Origin: an uncultured Clostridia bacterium
GTDB taxonomy: Bacteria; Bacillota; Clostridia; Christensenellales; Aristaeellaceae
Assembly (NCBI GenBank): GCA_944333055.1
Contig: CALVKT010000033.1
Location: 1,268-25,267 of the forward strand
Direction: 5' to 3'
DNA: 24,000 nt
In this document: positions 16,742 through 24,000 of the stretch, piece after piece
How the letters are laid out: each line of letters starts with the position of its first letter
Position numbering within the stretch: position 1 is the first letter of the stretch
Translations under genes and position numbers: made by a program
Notes under the pieces: generated by a model
What the model was told of the DNA's origin: nothing
What the model saw: only the letters and a program-made list of their open reading frames with translations
The model's database searches: none

Positions 16742-17212
16742 TCAGCCGCCGCAGCCCTTTGCGTCGATGATCGCCACCTTCTGCGCGCGCCCCATCAGCG
16801 TGTAGTACCGCCGCCACAGCGCAACGTCCTGCATCGGGATCCGCTCTCCATGCACCTTGGCGTATTCCACAATCTGCGCGGGCTCCAGGTCGCAGTCGTA
16901 CACGCGGCCCTCGCAGACGATCGCAAACCCGCCGATCATGTCCACATCGACGCCGTCCACGACGAACTCCCGGAAGTGCTTCGTCTCGTAGCTGCCCCGC
17001 GTCGAGGGCTGCAGCCTGCCCATGGACTGCAAAACGGTTTCCATGACGGCCGCATCGGCGTCGGCCACCATGATGTCGATGTCGTGAAAGTCATCGACGT
17101 ATCCCTTGAGGTACAGCAGCAGAGACGCGCCCACGGCCCACGTCAACCCGCGCCGGTTGCACGCGGCCGCCAGCTTTGCGAGCACCGCCAGCTTTTCTTC
17201 TCTGGAAACCAC
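16742..17212 (-). CDS. Small Pol-beta-superfamily nucleotidyltransferase (Lnu(A)/ANT(2'')-like architecture); substrate unknown
   Basis: 156-aa ORF with a GTG start at 17212, 8 nt after GGAGG. N-terminal helix, then LTWAVGASLLLYLKGYVDDFHDIDIMV (G-[AS] ... DxD nucleotidyltransferase signature). Its size and layout match small lincosamide/aminoglycoside nucleotidyltransferases. Family membership was not verified by search. Confidence 0.5.
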   Translation of the reverse strand: MVSREEKLAVLAKLAAACNRRGLTWAVGASLLLYLKGYVDDFHDIDIMVADADAAVMETVLQSMGRLQPSTRGSYETKHFREFVVDGVDVDMIGGFAIVCEGRVYDCDLEPAQIVEYAKVHGERIPMQDVALWRRYYTLMGRAQKVAIIDAKGCGG

Positions 17213-17388
17213 GTTGTCTTCCTCCCGGTCTCAACGGATCGCTTCATATTTTTGCGCCCGAATGCTCGCTGCGCGTCCATGCCATTCCCGCTGCGAATTC
17301 ACGCTGTGCGAATCGGCCCGTCTCAATCGCAGGCGGCCATGCCGCCCGATCGGAGACTCCGCGTTTGTGAAGACATGCCGGGCCGCGC

Positions 17389-18594
17389 TCAGACTTCGAT
17401 GTGCTGCGCGTGGCTGAAGCGCATCTGCGTATACATGACGACCTTGTCGCCCTCCTGCATGACCAGATCGCCGTTGGGTATGAGCACCTTGCCCCGGCGC
17501 TTGACCATGACGATCATCGTCTGGCGGGAGATGTCCAGATCACGGATCTTCTCGCCGATCCACTTGCTGTGCTTGAGCAGCACAACCTCCTTGAGGTCGA
17601 TGTGCTCGTCGCTGCCAAAGGGCTCCGCGCCCAGCACGAGCGTGTCCCCCTCGATGAGCTGCGTGCCGCCGCGTGGGACGATGATTCGGTCCCTTCGCCG
17701 CACGGCCGCCACGATGACGCCCGCGGGCAGGCCCAGCTCCTTGATGGTCTTGCCCGTCCACTTGTCCGTCTCCGACAGGTGGATCTTGATGAAGTGCACA
17801 TCCTCCGATTTGACGTACTCGCTCATGCGCTTGATGCGTGAATACTGATCGACGAAGCCGGCGGAGATGATGCCCGTGGGAATGGCGACCATGCCCACGC
17901 CCAGGAACGTGATGACGATGGAGAACACCTGGCCCATCGTCGTGATGGGGTAGATGTCGCCGTAGCCGACGGTCAGCAGCGTGGACACCGCCCACCAGAT
18001 GCCGGAGAACGCGTTGGTGAATACGTCCGGCTGTGCCTCGTTTTCCAGGCTGTACATGCACAGGCTGGAGGCGAGCATCAGCACGGCGATCAGGAACACG
18101 GAGGACATGAGCTGCTGCTTCTTGCTGGAGATGACCTCGGTGATGACGCTCAGCGAGTCGTAATACGCGTTGATGCGGAAGAGCCGGAAGATGCGCACGA
18201 CGCGGAACATGCGGAACGTGACCGTACCGGCGGGGAAGAAGATGGGCAGATAGTACGGCGCGAAGGAGAACAGATCGACCAGCCCTCCGAAGGAGGTCAC
18301 GTATTTGAGCAGCGCGCGCGGCTCGGAGAGCTTGGGATACTTGATCTTCGCCGTGAGCAGGCGCAGCACGTAATCCAGGCAGAAGAACGCGACGGTCGCC
18401 GACTCGATCACCGTGAAGATGTACCCGTACCGCGCGCGCAGACCTTCAAACGTGTAGAGCACGCTGACCGTCAGGTTGGCGATGATGGCGAGCATGTTGA
18501 AAAAGTCGTAGACGCGGCTGACGGTATCGTCCTGCTCGCCCACCTCGATGATCTCAAACGTGCGCTTGCGGACGGCTTGCATATCCCGACTCAT
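17389..18594 (-). CDS. Six-TM voltage-sensor-type K+ channel with two C-terminal RCK_C (TrkA-C) domains
   Basis: 401-aa ORF with GAGGAGG 6 nt before the ATG. S4-like segment FRMFRVVRIFRLFRI (Arg at every third position). K+ selectivity filter TVGYGD. Two RCK_C-like modules: VHFIKIHLSE..WTGKTIKELGLPAGVIVAAVRR..IIVPRGGTQLIEGDTLVLG and LKEVVLLKHSKWIGEKIRDLDISRQTMIVMVKRRGKVLIPNGDLVMQEGDKVVM. Confidence 0.85.
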   Translation of the reverse strand: MSRDMQAVRKRTFEIIEVGEQDDTVSRVYDFFNMLAIIANLTVSVLYTFEGLRARYGYIFTVIESATVAFFCLDYVLRLLTAKIKYPKLSEPRALLKYVTSFGGLVDLFSFAPYYLPIFFPAGTVTFRMFRVVRIFRLFRINAYYDSLSVITEVISSKKQQLMSSVFLIAVLMLASSLCMYSLENEAQPDVFTNAFSGIWWAVSTLLTVGYGDIYPITTMGQVFSIVITFLGVGMVAIPTGIISAGFVDQYSRIKRMSEYVKSEDVHFIKIHLSETDKWTGKTIKELGLPAGVIVAAVRRRDRIIVPRGGTQLIEGDTLVLGAEPFGSDEHIDLKEVVLLKHSKWIGEKIRDLDISRQTMIVMVKRRGKVLIPNGDLVMQEGDKVVMYTQMRFSHAQHIEV

Positions 18595-18637
18595 AAGCGT
18601 CCTCCTCTGTGCCTGTCTTCCTGTGCATCACACTGCG

Positions 18638-18661
18638 CGCGCACGGGCCAAACCGTGCGCG
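18638..18661 (-). other. GC hairpin between the SseB-like gene and the K+ channel gene (no T-tract; possible intercistronic structure)
   Basis: 9-bp perfect stem cgcgcacgg (18638-18646) / ccgtgcgcg (18653-18661) with loop gccaaa. I could not find a promoter-like -10/-35 pair in the 100-bp spacer, so the two genes may be co-transcribed. Confidence 0.35.
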
Positions 18662-18694
18662 GGCACAGGACGATTCGATCTTGCAACAACCGTC

Positions 18695-19264
18695 TCACAG
18701 CGCGCCGTCCAGCGCGTCGTTGGAGAGCAGAATGGGGCGGCTCGCGGGGTTGATCACCAGCCCGCTGCACGGCCCGGCCATCTCGCGCGCCTCCTCAAAG
18801 CTGATGAGCGTCACGCGGGACTGGCGGCCGAAGACCGGCATCAGCTCGGCGAAGTCGGTGAACAGCGGCACCCACTCCTCCTTCGTCTTCTGATAGACGA
18901 GCGTGCGCAGGTGGATGCGGCGCTTGTCGGCGGTGGCGGCGTGCCGGTAGCCCGGATTGCCCCGCTCCACGATCTGCTGCTGCGCGGCATACAGGCGCCT
19001 GGCGCCGGTGGTCGCGTGCAGCTTGTCGTCCTGCACGCTCGCGGTGGAGTCCTCTCCCTCGTAGCACATCGCCGCCAGGAAGAGCGTATCGGGCAGCGCG
19101 CGGATCATCTGCGTCAAAAGCGCCGCTTTCTGCGCCTCATCCTCGCAGGCGAGGTACGCCTCCCTGCGCGCGTGAAACGCGCCGGCGCCCTCGCGCGGCG
19201 TCACCTGCTCCTGCTGCGGCCGCAGGCCGACCATTTTGCGCATCTGATCCATCAAAGAGGCCAT
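18695..19264 (-). CDS. SseB-like family protein (function unknown)
   Basis: ORF 18695..19339 (-). The promoter at 19299-19327 lies downstream of the first ATG, so the start is moved to the ATG at 19264 (MASLMDQMRKM, preceded by AAAGGCGGAG). The pattern EEWVPLFTDFAEL...ISFEEAREMA...GLVINPAS resembles the SseB N-terminal domain (xP.FT..eEl ... v.iNP). Low-information call. Confidence 0.4.
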   Translation of the reverse strand: MASLMDQMRKMVGLRPQQEQVTPREGAGAFHARREAYLACEDEAQKAALLTQMIRALPDTLFLAAMCYEGEDSTASVQDDKLHATTGARRLYAAQQQIVERGNPGYRHAATADKRRIHLRTLVYQKTKEEWVPLFTDFAELMPVFGRQSRVTLISFEEAREMAGPCSGLVINPASRPILLSNDALDGAL

Positions 19265-19298
19265 ATTCGCTCCGCCTTTCCCGCTTGTCTTTTCCTGC

Positions 19299-19327
19299 AT
19301 TATAACATGAAATCCCTCGCGCGACAA
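19299..19327 (-). promoter_or_regulatory. Extended -10 promoter for the SseB-like gene
   Basis: The minus strand reads TTGTCG (19327-19322), a 17-nt spacer ending in TG-t, then TATAAT (19304-19299). Confidence 0.65.
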
Positions 19328-19362
19328 GCGATGCTCCATCCCGCGTTTCCACTCTCATTTTA

Positions 19363-19376
19363 TCGCTTTAAAGCGA
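19363..19376. promoter_or_regulatory. Perfect 14-bp palindrome TCGCTTTAAAGCGA in the divergent control region (candidate operator)
   Basis: tcgctttaaagcga equals its own reverse complement. It lies 36 bp upstream of the -35 box of the SseB-like promoter and 117 bp upstream of the livJ -35 box. Confidence 0.3.
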
Positions 19377-19492
19377 AAAGAAAACGAATCCGTGTTATCG
19401 GTCTGTTGCATAAATGATCGTTTCAAGTGCAATTCATGAACCTTTCAGGAGTTTTTCTTGCGAAAAATTTCAATTTTTTTGGAAACAGGGGG

Positions 19493-19521
19493 TTGTAATT
19501 CTCAGGAATATTTTGTATAAT
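19493..19521 (+). promoter_or_regulatory. Near-consensus extended -10 promoter for the liv operon
   Basis: TTGTAA (19493-19498), a 17-nt spacer ending in TG, then TATAAT (19516-19521). GAAGGAGG RBS at 19535-19542, ATG at 19553. Confidence 0.75.
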
Positions 19522-19552
19522 GCTCCTATCATTGTGAAGGAGGCTACCCCGG

Positions 19553-20731
19553 ATGAAAAAGATTATCGCGTTGGTTCTGGTTCTTGTCATGTCCGTTCTG
19601 GCCGCGTCTGCCATGGCGGAGACCGTAAAAATCGGCGTCTTCGAGCCGGCATCCGGTGACAATGGCGCGGGCGGCAAGCAGGAGGTCATCGGCATCGAAT
19701 ATGCCCACTCCCTGACGCCCACCGTCGAGGTAGACGGCACGACCTACGACGTGGAGCTGGTCATCGTGGATAACCAGTCCGCCACCGACAAGGCCGTCTC
19801 CGCCGCGCAGGAACTCGTGGACGCGGGCGTGAGCATCGTGCTGGGCTCCTACGGCTCCGGCGTGTCCATGGCGGGCGGCGAGGTCTTCGCCGACGCCGAG
19901 ATTCCGGCCATCGGCTGCTCCTGCACCAATCCGGGCGTCACGTCCCTGTGCGATTACTACTGGCGCGTCTGCTACCTGGATCCGTTCCAGGGCACCGTCA
20001 TGGCCAACTTCGCCAGGGATGAGTTCGGCGCCAAGAGCGCGTACGTGCTCAGCCAGCTCGGCGACGACTACACCACCGGCCTGGCCACCTACTTCTCCAA
20101 GGCGTTTGAGGAGATGGGCGGCACCGTCGTCAGCGAGCAGTTCACCGAGGGCACGTCCGATTACACGGCGTACCTGACCAACGCCATCAACAGCGGCGCG
20201 GATATCATCTTCTGCCCGACCAGCACCACCGTCGCGGCGCTGCTGATCGACCAGGCCGCTTCCATGAACGTCACGCTGCCGATGCTGGCCGGCGACACGT
20301 GGGAATCCTCCGTCATCCTGGATGCCGCCAAGGGCACCGGCCTGACCATCTGCGTGTCCACCTTCTTTGACGAAAAGGACGAATCCTCCCCGCAGGCTTC
20401 CGAGTTCGTGCAGGGCTTCAAGGCATGGCTCAACGCCAACCCGGACAAGAAGACCAACAACGGCGGCAACGACATCGTCGCGGCGGTCTCCGCGCTGGGC
20501 TATGACGCGTACATGGTCGCCATCGAGGCGATCAAGGCCGCCGGTTCCATCGAAAGCACGGCGATCGCCGAGGCGCTTCCGTCCGTGGCGATCACCGGCG
20601 TGACCGGCTCCATCTCCTTCAACGAGATCGGCGACGCGAACAAGGACATGGCCTACATCAAGAAGGCCAACACCGAGACGGGCGCGTTCGACTTCGTGAA
20701 GACCCAGACGGTTGCGGAGCTCGCGCAGTAA
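19553..20731 (+). CDS. livJ: Branched-chain amino-acid ABC transporter substrate-binding protein (LivJ/LivK, Peripla_BP_6 type)
   Basis: 392-aa ORF with signal peptide MKKIIALVLVLVMSVLAASAMA and no Cys. Type-I periplasmic binding fold strings: VKIGVFEPASGDNG, VELVIVDNQS, IVLGSYGSG, DIIFCP, ITGVTGSISFNEIGD. It is followed by the livHMGF genes. Confidence 0.85.
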   Translation: MKKIIALVLVLVMSVLAASAMAETVKIGVFEPASGDNGAGGKQEVIGIEYAHSLTPTVEVDGTTYDVELVIVDNQSATDKAVSAAQELVDAGVSIVLGSYGSGVSMAGGEVFADAEIPAIGCSCTNPGVTSLCDYYWRVCYLDPFQGTVMANFARDEFGAKSAYVLSQLGDDYTTGLATYFSKAFEEMGGTVVSEQFTEGTSDYTAYLTNAINSGADIIFCPTSTTVAALLIDQAASMNVTLPMLAGDTWESSVILDAAKGTGLTICVSTFFDEKDESSPQASEFVQGFKAWLNANPDKKTNNGGNDIVAAVSALGYDAYMVAIEAIKAAGSIESTAIAEALPSVAITGVTGSISFNEIGDANKDMAYIKKANTETGAFDFVKTQTVAELAQ

Positions 20732-20757
20732 TCACCCTTCTCCCCTGAAACGCATGC

Positions 20758-20799
20758 GCTGCCGAACCCGCGAAAACGCGGGTTCGGCAGCTTCGTCTC
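20758..20799 (+). terminator. Intercistronic hairpin between livJ and livH (partial terminator or mRNA stabiliser)
   Basis: 15-bp perfect stem gctgccgaacccgcg (20758-20772) / cgcgggttcggcagc (20777-20791) with loop aaaa. The following tract ttcgtctc is a poor U-run. Confidence 0.55.
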
Positions 20800-20847
20800 A
20801 GGCGAGCTGCGGCGCACGCCCTCAAAACGACACGGAGGATTGCACCC

Positions 20848-21726
20848 ATGTTTGACAAGATCCTGCCCTACCTGCTATCGGGCATCTCCGTCGGCGGCCA
20901 GTATGCGCTCATCGCCGTCGGATACACGATGGTCTACGGCATCCTGCGCCTGATCAACTTTGCTCACGGCGACATCTTCACCGCCGCCGGCTTTTTCATG
21001 GTCTACATGGTCACGGTGCTCCCCATCCAGATCGCCATCCCGCTGGTGGTCGCGCTCACCGTGCTGCTGGGCTTCACGGTGGAGCGCGTCGCCTACAAGC
21101 CGCTGCGCAGCGCGCCGCGCATGTCCGTGATGATCTCGGCCATCGGCGTGTCGTACCTGCTGCAAAACCTGATGTGGTACGTGACCGGCGGCCTGGCCAA
21201 GCAGTATCCCACGATCCCATGGATCTCCCAGTCCGTCACCATCGGCACGGCGACGACGAAGGTCGTCACGCTCATCACGCCGGTGCTCACCGTGCTGCTG
21301 GTCATCGCGCTGGTCGCCATCATCCAGAACACGAAGATCGGCATGGCCATGCGCGCCGTGTCGAAGGACTTTGAAACCGCCCAGCTCATGGGCATCAAGA
21401 TCGACTCCGTCATCTCCACCACGTTCATCATCGGCTCGCTGCTGGCGGCCGTGGGTTCCGTGCTCTACTTCTCCAATTACGCCTCCGTCACCCCGACGGC
21501 GGGCGCCATGCCGGGCCTCAAGGCGTTCGTGGCGGCGGTGTTCGGCGGCATCGGCTCCATCCCCGGCGCGGTCATCGGCGCGTTCATCATCGGCATCTGC
21601 GAGAACATCATCAAGGCGCTGGGCTATACGACGTTCTCCGACGCCTTCACGTTCGCGCTGCTGATCGTCATCCTGCTGTTCAAGCCCACCGGCCTGTTCG
21701 GCGAAAAGACTTCCGAGAAGGTTTGA
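20848..21726 (+). CDS. livH: Branched-chain amino-acid ABC transporter permease LivH
   Basis: 292-aa multi-TM ORF. LivH pattern: GISVGGQYALIAVGYTMVYGILRLINFAHGD, AMRAVSKDFETAQLMGI, GGIGSIPGAVIGAFIIG. GGAGG precedes the ATG. Confidence 0.9.
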   Translation: MFDKILPYLLSGISVGGQYALIAVGYTMVYGILRLINFAHGDIFTAAGFFMVYMVTVLPIQIAIPLVVALTVLLGFTVERVAYKPLRSAPRMSVMISAIGVSYLLQNLMWYVTGGLAKQYPTIPWISQSVTIGTATTKVVTLITPVLTVLLVIALVAIIQNTKIGMAMRAVSKDFETAQLMGIKIDSVISTTFIIGSLLAAVGSVLYFSNYASVTPTAGAMPGLKAFVAAVFGGIGSIPGAVIGAFIIGICENIIKALGYTTFSDAFTFALLIVILLFKPTGLFGEKTSEKV

Positions 21727-21736
21727 GGTGCGCGCC

Positions 21737-22792
21737 ATGAAACCATACAAGAAGATCATCGCGAGCTTCGCGCTGCTGGCGCTCATGTTCCTCGCGCTTT
21801 ACTTCCTGGAACAGCACTTCGGCAAGCGCTCCATGCTCATCACCGTGCTCAAGAAGGGCGCGATCTACGCGCTCATCGCCGTCTCCATGAACCTGCTCAA
21901 CGGCTTCACCGGCCTGTTCTCGCTCGGTCAGGCGGGCTTCATGCTCGTGGGCGCGTACACCTACGCCGTGCTCACCATCCCCATGGCCAGGCGCGCGGCC
22001 GTCTATCAGTACTACGACGGCGGCATCATCCCCTTCACCGCGCCCGCCATCGTGGGCATATTGGCCGCGGGCCTGCTCGCCGCGCTCATCGCCGCGCTCA
22101 TCGGATTGCCCGTGCTGCGCCTCAAGAGCGACTATCTGGCCATCGCCACGCTGGGCTTTGCGGAGATCATCCGCGCCATCATCCAGTGGGATACGCTGGG
22201 GCCGATCACCAACGGCTCCAACCTGCTCAAGACGTACCCCACGTTCAAATCGGTCATCCCCGTCTTCGCGGCGTGTGCGCTGTGCATCGGCGTCATCGTG
22301 CTGCTGATCCATTCCACGTATGGCCGCGCGTTCAAGGCCATCCGCGACGACGAGATCGCCGCCGAGGCCATGGGCATCAACCTCTTCCACCACAAGCAGA
22401 TGGCCTTCGTCATCTCCTCGTTCTTCGCGGGCATCGGCGGCGCGCTGCTGGCCATGTATCAGGGCTCTTTGCAGGCCAACGCGTTCAAGTCCTCCATGAC
22501 CTATGAGATCCTGCTCATCGTCGTCATCGGCGGCATGGGCTCCATCAGCGGCTCCGTGATCGCCAGCTTCCTGTTCATCGCGTGCAGCGAGTGGTGGCTG
22601 CGCTTCCTGGATACCGAGATGTACATCGGCACGTTCAAGGTGCCGCTGCTGCGTTCGGGCTTCCGCATGGTCGTGTTTTCCGCGGTGATCATGGTCGTCG
22701 TGCTCTTCTTCCGCAAGGGCATCATGGGTGAAAAGGAGATCTGGGATCTGCGCAGGCCGCGCCGGCGCGCCGGAAAGGAGGCCGGACGATGA
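21737..22792 (+). CDS. livM: Branched-chain amino-acid ABC transporter permease LivM
   Basis: ORF 21728..22792. GAGGTG lies 6 nt before the ATG at 21737; the GTG at 21728 is an alternative start. LivM pattern: [71 protein letters not shown]. Confidence 0.85.
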   Translation: MKPYKKIIASFALLALMFLALYFLEQHFGKRSMLITVLKKGAIYALIAVSMNLLNGFTGLFSLGQAGFMLVGAYTYAVLTIPMARRAAVYQYYDGGIIPFTAPAIVGILAAGLLAALIAALIGLPVLRLKSDYLAIATLGFAEIIRAIIQWDTLGPITNGSNLLKTYPTFKSVIPVFAACALCIGVIVLLIHSTYGRAFKAIRDDEIAAEAMGINLFHHKQMAFVISSFFAGIGGALLAMYQGSLQANAFKSSMTYEILLIVVIGGMGSISGSVIASFLFIACSEWWLRFLDTEMYIGTFKVPLLRSGFRMVVFSAVIMVVVLFFRKGIMGEKEIWDLRRPRRRAGKEAGR

Positions 22793-23622
22793 ACGTCTTA
22801 CATGTGGAAAACGTGACGATGCAGTTCGGCGGCGTCGTCGCGGTCAACAACCTGTCCATGGACATCCGGGAGGGCGAAATCGTCGCGCTGATCGGCCCCA
22901 ACGGCGCGGGCAAGACGACCGCATTCAACTGCATCACCGGCGTCTACGAGCCGACCAACGGCCGCGTGGACTTCATGGGCAAGACCATCGTGGAGAACTT
23001 TCCCGCCGGCAAGATGACGCGCGCCTACGCGGGCGAGCACGCCGGGATGTACACCCGCAAGATCGTCAATACGCCCGACAAGATCACGGCGCTGGGCATC
23101 GCCCGCACGTTTCAGAATATCCGCCTGTTCAAGAGCCAGACGGTGTTTGACAACGTGCTCATCGCCATGCACATGCGCCGCACCAGCAACGTCTTCACCG
23201 CCACGTTCCGCCTGAACGGCAAGGAGGAGCGGGCCATGCGCGAGGAGACGATGGCATTGCTCCAGATCGTGGGGCTCGACGGCGTGGCGGGCGAGCCGGC
23301 CACCTCCCTGCCCTACGGCCAGCAGCGCCGCCTGGAAATCGCGCGCGCGCTGGCGACGCATCCCAAACTGCTGCTGCTCGACGAGCCCGCCGCCGGCATG
23401 AACCCGCAGGAGACCGAAGCGCTGGGCGCGTTCATCCGGGAGATCAAGGAGAGATTCCGCCTGACGGTCTTCATGATCGAGCACCACATGAATCTGGTCA
23501 TGGGCATCTCCGACCGCATCTACGTCATCGACTTCGGCAAGCAGATCGCGGAGGGCACGCCCGGAGAAGTGCGCCACAATCCCGCCGTCATCGCGGCGTA
23601 TCTGGGGGTGGATGAAGAATGA
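22789..23622 (+). CDS. livG: Branched-chain amino-acid ABC transporter ATP-binding protein LivG
   Basis: 277-aa ORF with an ATGA overlap on the livM stop. Walker [22 protein letters not shown], signature [15 protein letters not shown], Walker [14 protein letters not shown], and [17 protein letters not shown]. It carries extra residues between Walker A and the Q-loop (see findings). Confidence 0.9.
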   Translation: MNVLHVENVTMQFGGVVAVNNLSMDIREGEIVALIGPNGAGKTTAFNCITGVYEPTNGRVDFMGKTIVENFPAGKMTRAYAGEHAGMYTRKIVNTPDKITALGIARTFQNIRLFKSQTVFDNVLIAMHMRRTSNVFTATFRLNGKEERAMREETMALLQIVGLDGVAGEPATSLPYGQQRRLEIARALATHPKLLLLDEPAAGMNPQETEALGAFIREIKERFRLTVFMIEHHMNLVMGISDRIYVIDFGKQIAEGTPGEVRHNPAVIAAYLGVDEE

Positions 23623-24000
23623 TCATGCTCAAGGTCACCGACCTCAAGGTCAACTACGGCGGCATCGAAGCGCTCAAGGGCATCAGCTTCGACGTCAGCC
23701 AGGGGCAGATCGTCACGCTCATCGGCGCCAACGGCGCGGGCAAATCGACGACGCTGCGCGCCATCTCCGGCCTGGTGCACCCCTGCGACGGCAGCATCAA
23801 CTTCATGGGCCGGGACATCACGTCGCTGAATTCCCAGCGCATCGTCGCCGAGGGCATCGCCATGGTGCCGGAAGGACGGCGCGTATTCCCCAACCTCACC
23901 GTCAAGGAAAACCTCAAGATCGGCGCGTATCTGCGCAAGGACAGGGACGAGGTTCAGGAGAGCATCGCGGACATCTACCGCCGCTTCCCGCGCCTGCGCG
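23619..24000 (+). CDS. livF: Branched-chain amino-acid ABC transporter ATP-binding protein LivF, N-terminal part; continues beyond the right edge
   Basis: Absent from the ORF track because it is truncated. The ATG at 23619 overlaps the livG TGA (ATGA). Translation: [52 protein letters not shown]...GIAMVPEGRRVFPNLTVKENL. This contains Walker A and the typical LivF strings. Confidence 0.85.
   Translation, partial: MIMLKVTDLKVNYGGIEALKGISFDVSQGQIVTLIGANGAGKSTTLRAISGLVHPCDGSINFMGRDITSLNSQRIVAEGIAMVPEGRRVFPNLTVKENLKIGAYLRKDRDEVQESIADIYRRFPRLR

Noticed and set aside
16742-18594. Nucleotidyltransferase next to an ion channel, read as a CBASS-like signalling/defence pair (cyclase plus membrane effector).
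   Set aside because: The nucleotidyltransferase is only 156 aa and has the Lnu/ANT(2'')-like layout, not a CD-NTase. A 176-bp gap separates the genes. The channel is a standard Kv/RCK_C K+ channel with a TVGYGD filter, and there are no other defence hallmarks.
19458-19481. AT-rich sequence cttgcgaaaaatttcaattttttt upstream of the liv promoter, considered as a CodY box (AATTTTCWGAAAATT).
   Set aside because: The best 15-mer I could align has about 5 mismatches and the half-sites are in the wrong order. That is too weak to call without a scoring matrix.

Overview
The window is a visibly GC-rich bacterial chromosome segment (roughly 60-65% G+C by eye, not computed). GGAGG-type RBSs, TTGnnn-17-TAnAAT promoters, GC-hairpin/T-tract terminators and a DUF3794 plus LysM-like sporulation-type gene suggest a high-GC spore-forming Clostridia genome (Oscillospiraceae-like). 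That taxon is inference only.

I call 24 protein genes, two of them cut by the window edges:
- the 5' part of an ilvA-like threonine dehydratase
- a TrmH/SpoU RNA methyltransferase
- a polar-amino-acid ABC system, split into a divergently transcribed binding protein and an operon of aminotransferase, GldA-like dehydrogenase, permease, ATPase and an RluA-family pseudouridine synthase
- a secreted 4xSH3b protein
- enolase, translationally coupled to a TSUP/TauE-like membrane protein
- a divergent DegV / DUF1836 pair
- a DUF3794/LysM-like protein
- a GH2 glycosidase
- a Maa/LacA-type acetyltransferase
- a small Lnu/ANT(2'')-like nucleotidyltransferase
- a 6TM Kv-type K+ channel with two RCK_C domains
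- an SseB-like protein
- a livJHMGF-type branched-chain amino-acid ABC operon (livF truncated)

I saw no tRNA, rRNA, CRISPR, transposase, integrase, phage or recognisable defence genes. Most of the window reads as ordinary core DNA, and I do not see a convincing novel multi-gene system.

The most unusual signal not explained by genes is a family of structured, inverted-repeat-bounded intergenic repeats with three copies (341-447, 15510-15626, 16461-16625). Two of these bracket the acetyltransferase gene and its promoter as about 93% identical direct repeats.

Secondary points of interest:
- the aminotransferase/GldA-like/ABC operon architecture
- the enolase-TSUP coupling
- candidate operator palindromes
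- a roughly 24-aa insertion in LivG

The many long ORFs antisense to real genes are high-GC artefacts. All homology statements come from motif recognition by eye; no database search was run.
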